64,000 nt of DNA, taken from assembly GCA_964187785.1 (NCBI GenBank), contig OZ076410.1, positions 30,566,001 through 30,630,000 of the forward strand. The letters run 5' to 3'. How positions within the stretch are numbered: position 1 is the first letter of the stretch; each line of letters opens with the position of its first letter. Position numbers and translations under genes: made by a program. This DNA comes from Amphiscolops sp. MND2022 (Eukaryota). Of this stretch, positions 42,625 through 56,500 are shown piece by piece. The notes below the pieces were generated by a model. That model was not told the origin of the DNA. It saw only the letters and a program-made list of their open reading frames with translations, and searched no databases.

Positions 42625-44075
42625 GTTTGTTTTGCTTGCTCTATCTAAATTCATTATTACATCCTTCGCTTAATCCCTCCTTTGCCATCTGATTCATTCA
42701 CGTTTTGAAAGAATTCAATCACAAGAATCAAAAATGTAAAAAAATCTTCAGTTGACACCGGATATGAAGCTGAATCCTTGACTCAAATTCACAATTGAAC
42801 CTTTTCACAATTTTTATATAGGATTTCACGTGCTTTTTAAACTGTTATGTCAATTCATATAGTTTTCCCATTTGAAGTAAAAGATTCACGCAATTTGAGA
42901 AACACAAGATTGAAATCGAAACTGACAATGTTTCCCATAGTGGGAATCTGTTAAAGTTTACCAAGATAAAAACGTCGTTTTTCTACCAGTAAATGATTTT
43001 GCCAAAATTTGATTGATTTTTGTCAAATCTGGTGAACATCATCAGTTGATAATGTGATATTCATTGCGATAAGTTCAAAAGGAATTTTGACGAATTTATC
43101 TAAAATGTCGGCTTTCTCTTAATTAGCTAGATTCGCCAGTACCAAAAGTATTAGAAGCCTTTGTTAAATTAAGAGCATTTCGTAACTTTAAGTGTACATG
43201 GTAGTTTTTTCTCGCCAAACTTTAACTTTGTGAACTTTACATTGGGTCTGACCATTAATAAGTGCCTAATGATCTGTTTCGCAATTTTCATCCGAATTTT
43301 AGCTAACATGTTTTCGTTCTTGTTATAGTCTATTGAAAGCACCAAGAGGATGGTGGCGCTTTGCGAAGAGGTAATTACTTTCATTCTACATTTTCTTAAA
43401 GATTAACAGTCGAATAAACGTTTTGTTGAGCCAGCTCAAATGACATTTTTCAAAATTAGTTACTGTTAAGTTTTCCACCTCATCTTTTTAACAAATGCTT
43501 TTTAGCTGATTGAGAGCAAGACAACCCATTTGACCTGATTTGCGCCTCGAAATAGAATTAAATAGGCTTCTCCAAAAATATTGTTTACAAATGGACAAAA
43601 ACACTCAGCAAATGATTTAAGTAGAAGGAAATTATTATTTAAAGCATGCAGTATTGTTGAAGAGAAACTTTTATATGTTTTCAACCGCAATTACTACATT
43701 CGTAAATGCTGAATACCAACGGAACGCGCAATAACTTGGTAGTCACTAGGTTGACAATCGCATTCGGATAAATTTGACAACAGACAAACTTATGTAACGA
43801 TTCTCAAATGAAATTGATGTACCTGGAGATGTAATCCATCTCAGACCACCGGTGGCAACTAGTGGATTCATTTTTTGATTTTGTCAAAAGTTTTCAAGCC
43901 CAATTGTAGTGTAGACCTTTACGAAACCTTCTAAAATGCTTTTTTGGATAGTTTCTATGATTTATTAATGGTCTTTCAGGTTTAACTTGATTACCTGGAA
44001 AACAAAAAAGTACAATGCTGGGCATCGCGTAGCGATTAGTTGTAAAATTATTGGGATTTTGTTGTTTTTTTTCAT

Positions 44076-44275
44076 NNNNNNNNNNNNNNNNNNNNNNNNN
44101 NNNNNNNNNNNNNNNNNNNNNNNNNNNNNNNNNNNNNNNNNNNNNNNNNNNNNNNNNNNNNNNNNNNNNNNNNNNNNNNNNNNNNNNNNNNNNNNNNNNN
44201 NNNNNNNNNNNNNNNNNNNNNNNNNNNNNNNNNNNNNNNNNNNNNNNNNNNNNNNNNNNNNNNNNNNNNNNNNNN
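44076..44275. other. Assembly gap (200 N)
   Basis: Run of exactly 200 N; the round number suggests a scaffolding join of unknown true size. Confidence 0.99.
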
Positions 44276-44453
44276 ATGATCACAATTAACAAACTAACTT
44301 TTTTACAAAACCAAACTATTCATAATTTTCTAGCATTATTTGTTCCTCACCTAAACATTTCTAGGATCATGAAAATCGTGTTTGTTCAAACAAAAACCCA
44401 GTTGATTCATATTATTTCAGTCCGGCGTCTAAAATTAAAGTATCGAAAATCCT

Positions 44454-45581
44454 AGTTACGTTACCTCTGCGTCACGATTTTTAAATCATTTCCGTTCCGC
44501 TTGAATTGAAGGTAAGTTAAAGTCCAATTGCGTTTTACAGACATGAACGCACGCTGGGCGTGAACAATTACTCAACTACCAGTTAATAAAGTGGAAAAAG
44601 TCAAGATACAATGATGACTCACAAAAATGGCAACGCATTTAAAACGAAAGAAAAATGTTCAAAAAGAAATTATGAAACTGATAATAGAGAAGAAGAAAAA
44701 ATGCTAGAAAGTCAAACTTCTGGCTAGAAGTACATTTACGGCATTACCAAAATACACTCAAAATAACATTGTTTCAACAAAATTGAATATTAATAGTAGT
44801 ACAACACATTGCACGTTTATATTAATTTCAAACCTTTTTACGAATCCCACAAATTTCACCACTTTCCAAAAAATTACAATTGCAACGTAGTGTCTCCGTG
44901 TGTATCAAGATTAGCTATTGCTGACCACGTCGTCACGGAGACGTTACAGCGAACTTTAGAAAATCCTCCAATTTCTATAATTAGTGAATTCACAAAATCA
45001 ATCCAAACAATAAAATTTTGCCGGCATAACTGTCTTGATGACGTCACAAAAATCAATCTGATTACTTCATCACAGCAAAGTTAATTGTAATCGCGTTCAA
45101 AGCAATAACAGCAGGGAGCTGGCTGTGACAGTCAGTTTTTACAACCATTGGTAAAACGGTAATGAAAAAAGAATTCACTCTTTTCAAAGAAAATTTTTCT
45201 TCTGAAATGACAAATAGTTGCCAGAAAAGGAAAACCGGAGAAGAACTAATCTCTGGAGATCTTGAGACCTCGATAGTTGGAACTATTCAAACTGAGAACC
45301 TCGTAGCAGGCCCCAGTAAATGCCCTAGGTTACAACCCAAAAACATTGGCGAGATGAAAACGTCTCCCAGAAAAGTGATCATGTCCGATCACCCTAAAAT
45401 TTTAGCTGAAAATCAGAGAGAAATGCTGAAACTAATACCGCGCAGTGTTTAAAATTGTCCAACTTACAAACTCTCTGAGACTCAGATTCTGAAACCGAGA
45501 ATGTCTTTGTAGCACCTACATCAACACCCAATTAAACTAAAGGGACTGTTTCCAATATCACTCCGTTAGCCAGTCGCAACA
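44454..45581 (+). mobile_element. Possible LTR or retroelement leader remnant with a short gag-like N-terminal frame
   Basis: Ends in an LTR-like terminus AGTCGCAACA; contains TGACGTCA (45039) and ORF 45162-45452 (S/T-rich, then ILAENQREMLKLI). No partner LTR in the window. Confidence 0.3.
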
Positions 45582-45699
45582 AATGTGGCGAGATGACCCA
45601 AAAAATCGAAAACCGCACTTATCCTAACTCGAATCCTCAAACACCCCATGAAAAATAATGGATTGGAAAAAGTCTCACTGTGCCTTAAATCCGAAAAGG

Positions 45700-46260
45700 A
45701 TTCCCTTTAGAATTTCAAAACGCTTTTCCGAGCCGAAAATTGTTCAAATCGACTGAATTGTTTTTTTTCTAAAACAGTGGCACAGTACCGAAAAACATGA
45801 CCAGAAAAAAACCAGAGAAGTGACTCTTAAGAATCCGAAAATGGTTTTACATGGCCAAAAAAGCATTAAAAAACCAAAATCATAACGGCTTCCGTAAATT
45901 TTCTAGTCTAATTTTTTTAAAAAAATTCCAAACGCTCAAGAAAGCAAAACGACTTCAAAACGTCATGTGTTCTCTTCCATATTACCCCAATTGCCCAAAG
46001 GGGACCAAACTGGTGCCATTTGGGATTTTTTAACATCCAGTTTGTTCAAAACAAAAAAATTAAGTGACCCTTGCGAGACGTCAAAAAAATTTCAAAAAAA
46101 CACGAAAAATGAGAATTTAGAAATGTTTCATAGTGCCGAGAAACGTGAAAAGGGAGCCCTTTGGGCTTTTTCAAAAGCCATAATTTTGCAAAATAATTTT
46201 AAAATTTCAATAGGGGACCCCTCGGAGACTTTAAAAAAATTCGAAAAAAGTATCTAAAAA
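45700..46260 (-). repeat. Degenerate copy of repeat family 1
   Basis: CACAGTACCGAAAA, AAGGGGACC, CATAGTGCCGAG, AAGGGAGCCCTTT and GGGGACCCCTCGGAGAC motifs. Confidence 0.65.
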
Positions 46261-47489
46261 GGAACAACTATTATAGTTCAATTCCTTGGGGTAAATGGTG
46301 CAATTGACACCTTAAACATTTGTGTAAAATTGTATAACTATTTTTGTCGGTTCGTGTGGATCGAAGAAAAGTCACTATTACCGTCGCGTTTCACTGCATC
46401 AAGCGCCGACTAAAAATCATTGCTACAGTCAGTTCTCTCTTAGGAAAAGCAACGAAGAATCTTTTTGTTGAAAAGCTGATCAAAACATCAAACTATCGGG
46501 TATTTTTGTCGAACGCATGCCCTAAGAACAAATGGGCTTTTTATTCGGTTAGAATGTTAGTTGCTTTCAGCTTTTTGTAACTGAAATTTTAACCTAAAAT
46601 CTCGGACTTTAGAATAATTAGTCTGTCATTTGTGTTTATGTATATTGGTAGCTGCCAACTAAGTTGCCAGAAAAAAAAGCTTTAGCATAACATACAAGAA
46701 CAAGACCGAGTAAACGTTAGTTGATGAATACTTTCTTCGTAAACAAGAAAAAGAATACAACAGGTACCATAGTGTAAATGAAGTGCTTCCAGAGAATCAT
46801 TCAATCTTTTGAATTTGGAACATCACGGGCACGACATTTTCTTCTCGGTTTTTCCGCAACCATCGCTGAAAACTAGGCTTGGCAATACAAGTAACTTCGG
46901 AACAATTATTTCAGTCTCCTCTTAAAACATTGGTATCTTGATAAAGTTTCAGGTGGTTATTTGAATCACGATTCCTTAAAAGAACAAGAAGTTTGTTTAG
47001 CTGTTTACCTTAAGCGAGAAAGCGGAGATTGAAATTGCGAATTTCAAACCATAACCACAGTGAAACATTTGGCTTCAAAACATCCAGTCAACCAGTGAGT
47101 ACGAGCTAAAACAAGACGGAAACGTTTGAAGTCGCGGCTATACTGTGGACGGAAACGTTCAAAGGTCCAAAAAGCGCAAAGTTTGAAAATCTGCTCCGGA
47201 CGTTTATGAAAAACTCACACACTGGACAGAGCGTGCTGAGACAAATACGAGCGTTTTTTGATCCTACAGCTCCTCTCCAGTAAAACCCAAATTTTTTCGG
47301 ATATAACGTCAAAAGTTTGGATATAGCGTGCTGGGACAAATGGGAGCGCTTGTTTTTGAATCTCTGCTTCCTCCTTTTTGAAACGCAATTTAGTTCTGAT
47401 AATCGGATGAACAGTTGAAAGTTCGAATATAGCGCAGTATTTTCGAACCTTCTCCTTTAAATATCAGACAGTATTGAAAAAAACATTTG

Positions 47490-48761
47490 GTGGATATATA
47501 TTGAAAAAACCAAACATCAGACAAGCAAATGAGAATTTTTAACAGTCCCATAGTGCCAAAAATGTACAAGGGGTGACTCTTTGAGATTTTTCAACATCTG
47601 TTCTGTTGCAATATATCGAAAAAAAAACAAAAGGGGGACCCTTTGGAGACATTAAAAAGTTTCGAAAAAAGTCTCAGAGAGCCAAAAAAGGGACGGGGAA
47701 AGTCTCAGAGTGTCAAAAAACTGGAAACGGGAGCCTTTTGGGTTTTGCATTTCAAGTTAGAGGCTTTTGGGTGCGTTCAAAATCAAGTACTGAACACTTT
47801 GGTGAAAGTGCATACTGCACAGAAAGTAGTACATACAGGGTGAGCTATTTGGTCTAACGAAAAAAAAAGAAAACAAACTAGCCACGGTCATAGTCGGGCT
47901 CTTTTCACAAGAGAAGCGCCAACTAAAATGTGAAAATCTGTTTGTCGGGCTCATAGGTTTAGCAAATATTTCGGCGATTTTTATGAACCTAACTTAAAAT
48001 GCCAAATGATTTTGATCAACAGGAAATCCATTTGACTATGTGTTGACGTTTTTGGTTATTTTCCAGAAATTGAGAACTTATTGGACGTATTTACTTCTTG
48101 AGGAGAATCCGCTAATTAACCGTTTGTCACGAGCTGATGTTCTTACTCAGGGAGGCCGATTGTACGTGAGAAGTTTGCTCTAAATATGGACAAAGGTGAC
48201 CTCAAAGGTATGGACAAAGGTGAAAAAACTCAACAAGTCGGGAACGGCCAAAGTCGGCGCTATATCTAAGATAAAAGATGAAAAGATAAAAAGCCCAATT
48301 TTTTTAAAATTGTGAAAGTGGGACCCTTGGAGGCATTACAAAAATTTCGAAAAGAAAAAAATTGAGAACTTTGAAAAGTCTCATAGTGCCAAAAAATCTA
48401 AAAGGGGGACCTTTGGGATTTTTTTGACATCCATTCTGTTTTAAAATGTCACTAAAATTGGAGGGAAACCCGTTGGAGACATTAATGAATGTTCGGGAAA
48501 AAGTCTCACGGTTCCCAAAAAAAAATCGAAAAGGGAGACCCTTTAGCCTCGTTGGGTTTTGTATGTTACTGTTAAAAAAATCAAAAGAGGGACCCTCTGC
48601 ACTACCGTAAATGCCTTTTCACTGGCCAGACTGGGCCGGTAGAGTAGTTTAGTAGTTTCAGTAATTTCTGTAAAAAGTGTCAACTACATACGTTTTGTTA
48701 CCTGACGATGAAAAAATAGTCACTGAAATAGTCGGGCTCATTTTGTTAAAATACGCAGACT
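47490..48761 (-). repeat. Two copies of repeat family 1 (47490-47930, 48240-48760), each followed by the AGTCGGGC hairpin
   Basis: CATAGTGCCAAAAA and AAAGGGGGACC motifs; terminal string at 48242-48268; hairpins at 47892 and 48730. Confidence 0.75.
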
Positions 48762-48839
48762 ATAAATAGAAAACGCGACATATCGATGGAAGCGACAATC
48801 GACGCCATACATGAGATTTTGTTTGAAAAGGTAAATGAC

Positions 48840-49420
48840 CCACCGGAGACAGTAGAGAAGAAAACAATTTAGTGACCCAATTTTTGAATTTGAAACAAGA
48901 GTCAAACAAGGGAATGTTAGGATGACGGGGAGCAGACAGTCGCTTTACAACATGACCCTTTAAGCAGCAGAAGGCCAGAATGACTGCGACACGTCTGCAA
49001 TAACAGCGAGCACAACGACCCCAGAGCAAGCAGACACAGTAACAGTGCCGAAAGCACATTCGGTCGTGACAGACCGAAAATGATAAGGAACCGGTTAGAT
49101 TAAAACTCTACCGAAAGCTCACCGGGGAACTCACTGCACCCAGAAGACAGCAAGAGCCCAATGACGATTGCTACTGCGCAAATGACAGACACGGAGATCG
49201 ACCGTGCGATAGACGACGCTGAGCGTGCAGAAAAGGAACTAGAATTTAGAGACGAAAATGGCAAGGTGTCTAAAACTTTACATCACACCCCAAAGTAGGG
49301 GGCGAATAAGTTAGACACTTCTGATCTAGATCTAGGAAGCAACCGGAGCTCAACTACTGCACTAGAAATTGATCTTGAATATGAAAAAGAAAAAAATGTA
49401 CGCAGATCAAAAACTAATGC
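48840..49420 (+). pseudogene. Degenerate coding-like remnant, possibly a retroelement pol C-terminal tail
   Basis: Purine-rich + strand with partial frames such as TAQMTDTEIDRAIDDAERAEKELEFRDENGK; composition like the tail of Gypsy A; no diagnostic motif. Confidence 0.25.
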
Positions 49421-52400
49421 AATTGTTACTTTTATTAACCCAGTATGCCATGGTATGCCAGAAATAGCGTAAGAAGGCTAAACCCGGAAGCCACAGCAGG
49501 ACAACTAGAATCAGAACCAGAAATGGAAGATATTAGCCCAACTGGAACATGAACCAATCAGCCAGCACAAATCAGACGTTATGGTCCAGTCAACACCGTG
49601 CCAACAAAATATGCCATGAGCGGTTACCCGTCAGACGAACAATAAACCAGCGGAGGAACTACCTCCACAAAGAAAACACTCAAACCCAATTGTCCGAACA
49701 TCAGCCAATATTGGAGCGGGGAATGAAGTAGACTTTTAACCTACAAACTCAGACTGTTTAGATGAATTAGCCTGTCATTTGTGATCAAATAAAGTAGTAC
49801 ATGCCAACTAAGTGTCGAAGAAGCTTCAGCTTAAACATACAAGAGCAAGATCGAACAAAGATTAGTTGATACAAAATTTCAATGCAACAAGATAACAGAA
49901 TACAACAGGTGCCATTGTGTAAATCAAGTGCTTCCAGAGACTTTTCAAATTTTTTGATTTCCGAATATCTAGCGCACGACTTTTTCTTCAAGATTTTTCC
50001 GCAACCATGGCTGAAAAATAAACATGACAATAAAAGTAACTTTGAAACAATGTTTTCAGTTTCCACTTATAACATGGTATTTTGATAAAGTTTCAGGTGG
50101 TTTTTTGAATCACGATTCCTTGAAAGAACCAGGAGTGTTTTAGCTTTTTTTGGAACAAATGCGGTCGGCTATGAAATTGAGGTGAAAAACAGGAAGTTTT
50201 TTGTGAAATATAAATCGAGCCATCGAATTAGAAAGGAAACTCCATTTCATTGTGAACTGTAGCTGGAACGCTGTGAATAATGTTTCACCGAAATTGAAAT
50301 ACGAGTTTTTTGCTAATTGAACACTAATTGCATTTATCAAAATAGTTTTCCAGAAAATTTGATCGGGTTTATTATTTCCAAAAATTTTGTTTGTTTTTGG
50401 TTTATTACTTCTGTAACAACACACAAATGAACAATTTCTTTATTGCGTTCTGTCTTTCTTTAGTTGTCCTACGTTTGGTTAACCTTTATTTATTGCCAAG
50501 TGTTTTCACAAAACCAAAGAACATGCAATAGTCAAAATTTCTTAGAATATGAAACACCAAAAAAGGTTCAGTTTTCTTCTCAATTCTTAATTTTTTTTCG
50601 ACATAAGTTTCAAAAAAGTCAGAAAAATGGAAACTTGTAGTGTGATTCAGTCCTACGGAGGAGAGTATTCACAAGCTAGTACTCTCATTCTATCAAAGCG
50701 GATTGTCCCCAAAACATGTCGATTTTGTCGGAACTTTTCGAATGCGAAGTTTTCGTATTTTCACGAATTCAGTAAGAAAGAATTTCAGAACATTTTTGGA
50801 ACTTTCTTGATATGGAGGCACTGTTTCTAGAATTAGCTTTTTTTCGTTCTGGAGATGCCCTATTTTTGGAATTACAATCTTTGGAAATCACAGTTTGGCG
50901 AATTTCGCACTTTAGCATTATTTCAATTAACCTAAATGTTTCTGCGCTGATAATCTGTTCAAGACAACATCCCAAAGCGCCCGATTCAATGGTAAGACTG
51001 GATATGCCTGTTCGGTAAGTCGATTTAAAGAAACTAAACACAGCAGCAAAAGATCAATGACTTCCCTGAATTTATAAGTTATCTTCCAAAGGAGAAACAG
51101 ACTCAAGTAATGTTTGTACAAATTTGACTTGGCCAGTGGCAAGTTTGCTTTAAGGCTCGAGTTGCTGAATACAAAATATTTACCCTGCCATTATCGTAAT
51201 CCCACCCAACCCGGTCCGTTCACGCCTATTTCTGATGCGTGACACCCAAAATATGGACACACGCATTGGGAATCAATGAAAATGTTTATTGCCGAAATGT
51301 TAACCCTTGCGGGAAGCTTATGCCGGTATTTACACGTTACACTTCCATGTTTGTTTGAAAACGTTATTTCTTATCACGCGATGATCAGAAGTGAAGTTTA
51401 CAATTGGTTAATAACTTGTGTTTACCATTGACTCTTTACGGTTTCAATACTATCAGTCTTACTAAATTGCCGCCTCAACTTTCGAGAAACATTGTTGCAG
51501 TGGTAGTATATACCGTTCGTATTTTCGCAAATATTTGGGTCAAAATTTCTCACTGCTTTTTTTGACGAAAAATTGTATGTTTTGAAAATTCTAAATACAA
51601 GTAACTGTTTTCACCATGTATACATACATAACCATAAATTCGTTCGGAGCGTCTGATTCACTTTGAAGGGACTAATTAGCTGTTAAATTTCTCTGCTGAG
51701 AGACGTAGCTTTCAAAAAATAATTCGGTCGGAAAGTTTTTCCTTACAAGTTATACGTCTAAAGCTTCATCAATTCATCAGAGGAAAATTGCTGGAAGCAG
51801 TTCGAATTTGGGTTTTTTGAAAGCTACTGCAGTTGGCTTCGAAAATTGAGACAATGAAGTTTGAACCAAAATTGCATGTTTAGTTGGTGTTTTTTGAAGC
51901 GGAAATTTTAGTAGTAATTTTTTAAATATGAAGAAGAACTGAGAAATTCTATGAATAAAATTTATCATTGTGATATCCCGTCACGTAGCCTTGTGGTTGG
52001 AGTGTGTGTCTTGAAAGCAACTTTGGTTCTAATCTCCCGTAGGCCACTTAGTTTTGTTTGCCAAACTACACAAGACCAAAGAGTTCCTCCTTTGGTTTTT
52101 TGACACGGTGCGGTTTTTCTGCACTTCTTTGTTTCAGATCCAGATTTTAAGTTTTGTCCAGTTAGGAAATAGTGTTTTTGAGCCTCAAAAAATGATTTGA
52201 TTATTTTCAGCACCGTGAGTTTCATAATACTTTCCTCGAAAAGTGCTCCGAGCTCTGTTGAAAGACTTTCCCCGTTCCGGGTTCCCATGTTAACCCCACA
52301 GCACAATCACGCCTATCGCATCTGTAGTAAGATCGTAGAAAGATTGTATCAATCATGGACCTCATACCCCAACATCGCAAGACTAAAATTCTGAAGTGAC

Positions 52401-52489
52401 CGTGCGGCGATCGGAGTATGATTGAAATACAACTTGTGTAAAGTCAAGCAAGAGGCGTACATACTAGAGCTGAGACAATACCTATGTTG

Positions 52490-52580
52490 CCTCGACAGGA
52501 GACCATGGTCTTACTACAACTCTAAACATCAGTTTTTGTCCAAAAAGGGGTCTCCTAGGGGGACTTTCCTAACGTCGAGG
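52490..52580 (-). mobile_element. Diverged fragment related to LTR family C
   Basis: ACAGGAGACC.T.GTCTTACTACA...AGTTTTTG...GGTCTCC.AGGGGGACTTT.CTA.CGTC aligns with 32605-32690. Confidence 0.65.
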
Positions 52581-53599
52581 GAGCACACCCAAAGTCGGGG
52601 AACGTCCCACAAGCACGTAAAAACGTCCTGAAGAAAAAGACTGAAAAAAGCCCAAAAGTAGCCGAAAAAGGATATTTGTCAACACTTTGATTGTCCTAAT
52701 AAAAGAATGACAATTCAAAAAGCCAGAACAACACGTACTACAAAAGAAATGTCAATAACCTATTGAATAGCTTCAAGATCCATGATGAACACAAGTGAAC
52801 CACAAATGAACCAAATGTATTGGGAAACGTAAACTCTATGTCAACTTACTCAGTTACACTATTTATCTTTTTCATCTTAATTGGTATTGTTCGGGAACGC
52901 AGTGATATTTTAAACAACCTTGCTTGACCCTTTATACCAAGTATTGCAATACCAACTATTCGGAATGAAAGCAACCTACGATTTCTACACCTTAATGAAC
53001 AGATGATTCTAATCAGAAATGAAAACAAGCTGTTTGTAAATAGGCATTGCCTATTTTTGCTTATTTTCGCCTAATTTACCATAAAATCGAAAAATGCCTA
53101 GTATGCCCATTGTTCGCCTTTTTTGATCATGAATGCCTATTTTCACGACTATTTCTCAGAAATCACTGGAAATAAGAACAGAAATCACTATTTCTCAGAA
53201 TTGCACGTAAGTGCGCAGCAACCGCAACTGCAATACCTAAAAGTATCACATCAATGAACGTATTAAAATAGATGTTATGAAGATGGATGAAATTGAAACT
53301 GTAAGCAGCAATTCGAAACGAGCTAAACAGAGCTCTGAATTTTATTCGCGACCTAGATTTTTTCGATGTCGTTCCTTTTCGACCTATCGAAGTCATTAAT
53401 TTTAATTATAGGTTAACTCTGACAAATCCTTTTGTTCCTAATCAACACTGTTTTGTGTCAGTCAGTTTTTGATGCCTGTTTAGAGCCTATTTTGGGAGGC
53501 TCTTTCTATTTTACCGCCTATTCTTGTTATACTTTTGCCTATGTCTGTGCGAGAGACTAAATAACGATCGCGATAGACTGAATCATGATCCTATCAGTT

Positions 53600-56500
53600 T
53601 ATGTTGCACAGAGTGAACTGAACAGTGAGAACTCTACTACATAAGCGCGCTCGTCTCAATCAAGTGCCGTGTGAAAAACTGTTTTTAATAACTGGAAACC
53701 TCAACAAAAAACGTTTTCCTGTGTCGAAAAGGACATTGAAGTGGCTCTGTTGCTCTAGAAAACAAGAAAACGTGGAGTACCGGGTTTATCGCTTTTATTC
53801 GAAAAATAAATGATGTGGAAACACACGCTGGCACAGCAGTGGAACCAGTCGAACAAGCAGCTTTGGGTTATGCTCTGGCGAATGAGCGGAGAGATTTCTC
53901 GTACAGTTGCAACAGAGGAAATCGAAAACACTAAAATGAAACTCCGAGATGACCAAAACACACTGTGATTCATGCTGCCTCCGACACTTGATTCCACAAG
54001 TCTAATGTTGATCCGACATGATTGTGTTGGAAAAGTTGGCCTGGGTGACGGAACCCGAGCACGGAATTTTTTGAAGAAACATTCAGAGGTGAAGAACTAC
54101 CAACAGTTGTGGTTTTTTATCCCAAATTACAAGATTGCAACTGTATTCAGAGAAAGCACTGCAGGAGTACTTCATCAGAGCACAAGAGTTAATGGCAAGG
54201 CTGAGTGATGCTGGTGAACGATTCCGGACACGGTGTTCTTGGCATTGGCTCTCAATGGTCTTCCGGAGAGATTCGAGAACTTTGTGGTGCAGGAAAGTTT
54301 CAATCCACATGCCAACTTCACCAAGCTGAGATCGAGATTTACAAACTTCGAGGACCGTGGCAAACAACGCACGCAGTGGTGAAGAAGAGCAATAAAAGCA
54401 GCATGTAGCAATGGCGTTCGAGAAAAGCAGCAGAAATTCAAAAACGTTTTGGTTAAAAAATAAGTTTGAGCTCGAGGAAGGCAAGCGGTTGATTTGTTAT
54501 TGTTGTGGTGAAGTACGTCATATAGCCAAACATTGTACTTCACGAAACAAAACAGAATGTAGAAAATGCGATCAAAAAATTGTTTAGACGTCGTTTGAAG
54601 GAGTCAAAGAATGGAAAAACCTGCTGTACAATACTCAGCTCTCGAAGTCTACTTTCAATTCATCTACGTTCAGGGAGCAAAGTAGCGAGTAAGGAGAAAA
54701 TTTTAGTTGACTCAGGATCACAGCACAGATCACAATCTGACAGATCGAAAATGTTTCCAAACCCTCAGAGAGATGGAGTTTTTGCAAAATTGAAGGTATT
54801 GAAGACGTTGAAAACGAACTTTTTTACGGAAGAGGAAGTGAAGTCATTTTGATAATCAGAGATGTACTTTTAGTACCAAGTTATGAAACAGATCTAGTTT
54901 CAGTGTCAAAGTTAGTCGCAACAAGACAAAGAGTAGAGTTCAGCTCGAACTGTTCGCAATTGAAAACCGAAAAAGTACCAGCCACAGAAATAATAGAGCG
55001 GAAGTCTAAATACTTTTCAAATGAATCTACTTGAACAACGTCTGAGCTTTACTAAGCATGCAAAAAAGCATGGCTCAGAAGATTAGGCCATGGTAATGAG
55101 CAAAGTACGAGACTCACAGTACTTCGTTTGAAGAAGTATGAAATCTTTGCGAATCATGTGCACTTAGTAAGATTCACGAGAAGCCAGTACCTCGTGAAAC
55201 AGCTGCTTCCTAAGCTAATAAAAATTAAAAGGAGTGTGTCCCGACGTAATGGACCCAATTGAACCTGCAAGTATCAATGGTTACCGATACGAAATCATTT
55301 TCCATGAAGAGAATACAAAATACGCAGTTGTAAGAATCACGACATTCAAGTCTGCGAACCTTAAAACCTACATGCACAGTGTTCCTGCAGCAACGAAACA
55401 AGCAACGAAGTAAACTGGAACTTAGAGGTGCCAAATGAAAGTTTTTAGACAGATGATTGTTTTCCATCTTACGTTGTTCACGATATTGATTCAGACAAAA
55501 TTCATTTTCCTAGACATTCTAATTTCAAATAGAGCGAGATACCAAGCTGCGATTCCCGCGAACACAGTGTTGTTAGCTCAAATGATGATTCCATCATTGA
55601 AACTTTTGAAAATCTTGCAGAAATAATGGCAAAGAAAAAGTAAAATATTCGAGAGAATGTTGAATTCGCAAGAAGATCAATTCAATGAATTTGAAATTTT
55701 CGTTTGAAATCAAGCACTATTTGAGGTCAAGTAGTTAAAAATGAGACTAAAGAAAATGAAAAAAGAGGACAACGTACTTCGTGCGACCTAACATCAATGA
55801 CTGTCAAAGTGTTCACGGAGGAGCAACTTCTTGATGTTTACCCCCGGAAAACTCTGTGGATCGGCCGAGAGTGTGTGAGAAGAACGAAAAATCGCCGTTG
55901 GAAATCCTTGTCAGGCGAAGATATCGAAATAAAAGCGTACCAATTAAATATGATACTACAAACACTCATGAAATTGAGAAAGTTGACATTTTTGAGCAAA
56001 TACATATTGCGAATTTATCGATAGCTCAGAGAGAACATTGTGTTTAGACGCAATGCAGCAGCAATTGAATGCGTTCGCTGAAAATGAAACCTAATTTTCG
56101 GTCGAGAGGCCGAAAGATAAAAATGTGATCAATGGAAAACGGGTCTGCAAAACAAAACAGAATGAAGAAGGCAAAATAGACAACTATAAAGCAAGATATG
56201 TAGCTAAAGACTATGCTCACGTTGAAGGAGTTGATTCCATTGAAACGTTCGCTCCAACAACTGAAACCGTCAAAACAGTAGTAGCGATAGCTGCAAGTTA
56301 AAAGTAAGCATAGAACAAATGGAGAAGAAGACTGCTTATTTACATTCTGAAATTCAAAAAACGTTACCTGCTGCAGCCTGAAGGATTTGAGAAAGGAAAC
56401 CACTCAGAGTGTAATACTGTAAATTGCTTGAGACAAGCAGCAAAGAATTTGCATAAAAAACTATATGGTTTTTTGCTCGAAAATGAAATGATGAAAAGTG

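Larger units (their letters stand above)
46677..50180. repeat. Diverged ~350-bp direct repeat pair (46677-47030 and 49822-50180)
   Basis: Shared blocks AAACATACAAGA, GAATACAACAGGT, AAGTGCTTCCAGAGA, TTTTTCCGCAACCAT and TTGATAAAGTTTCAGGTGGTT..TTGAATCACGATTCCTT. Confidence 0.8.

Noticed and set aside
43169-43690. Possible GPCR fragments (ILLVLSIDY; AYLILFRGANQVKWVVLLSIS)
   Set aside because: One partial motif only, with no in-phase joining to other helices; not distinguishable from chance.
43894-44455. ORFs of 100-134 aa
   Set aside because: Artefacts of translating through the 200-N gap.
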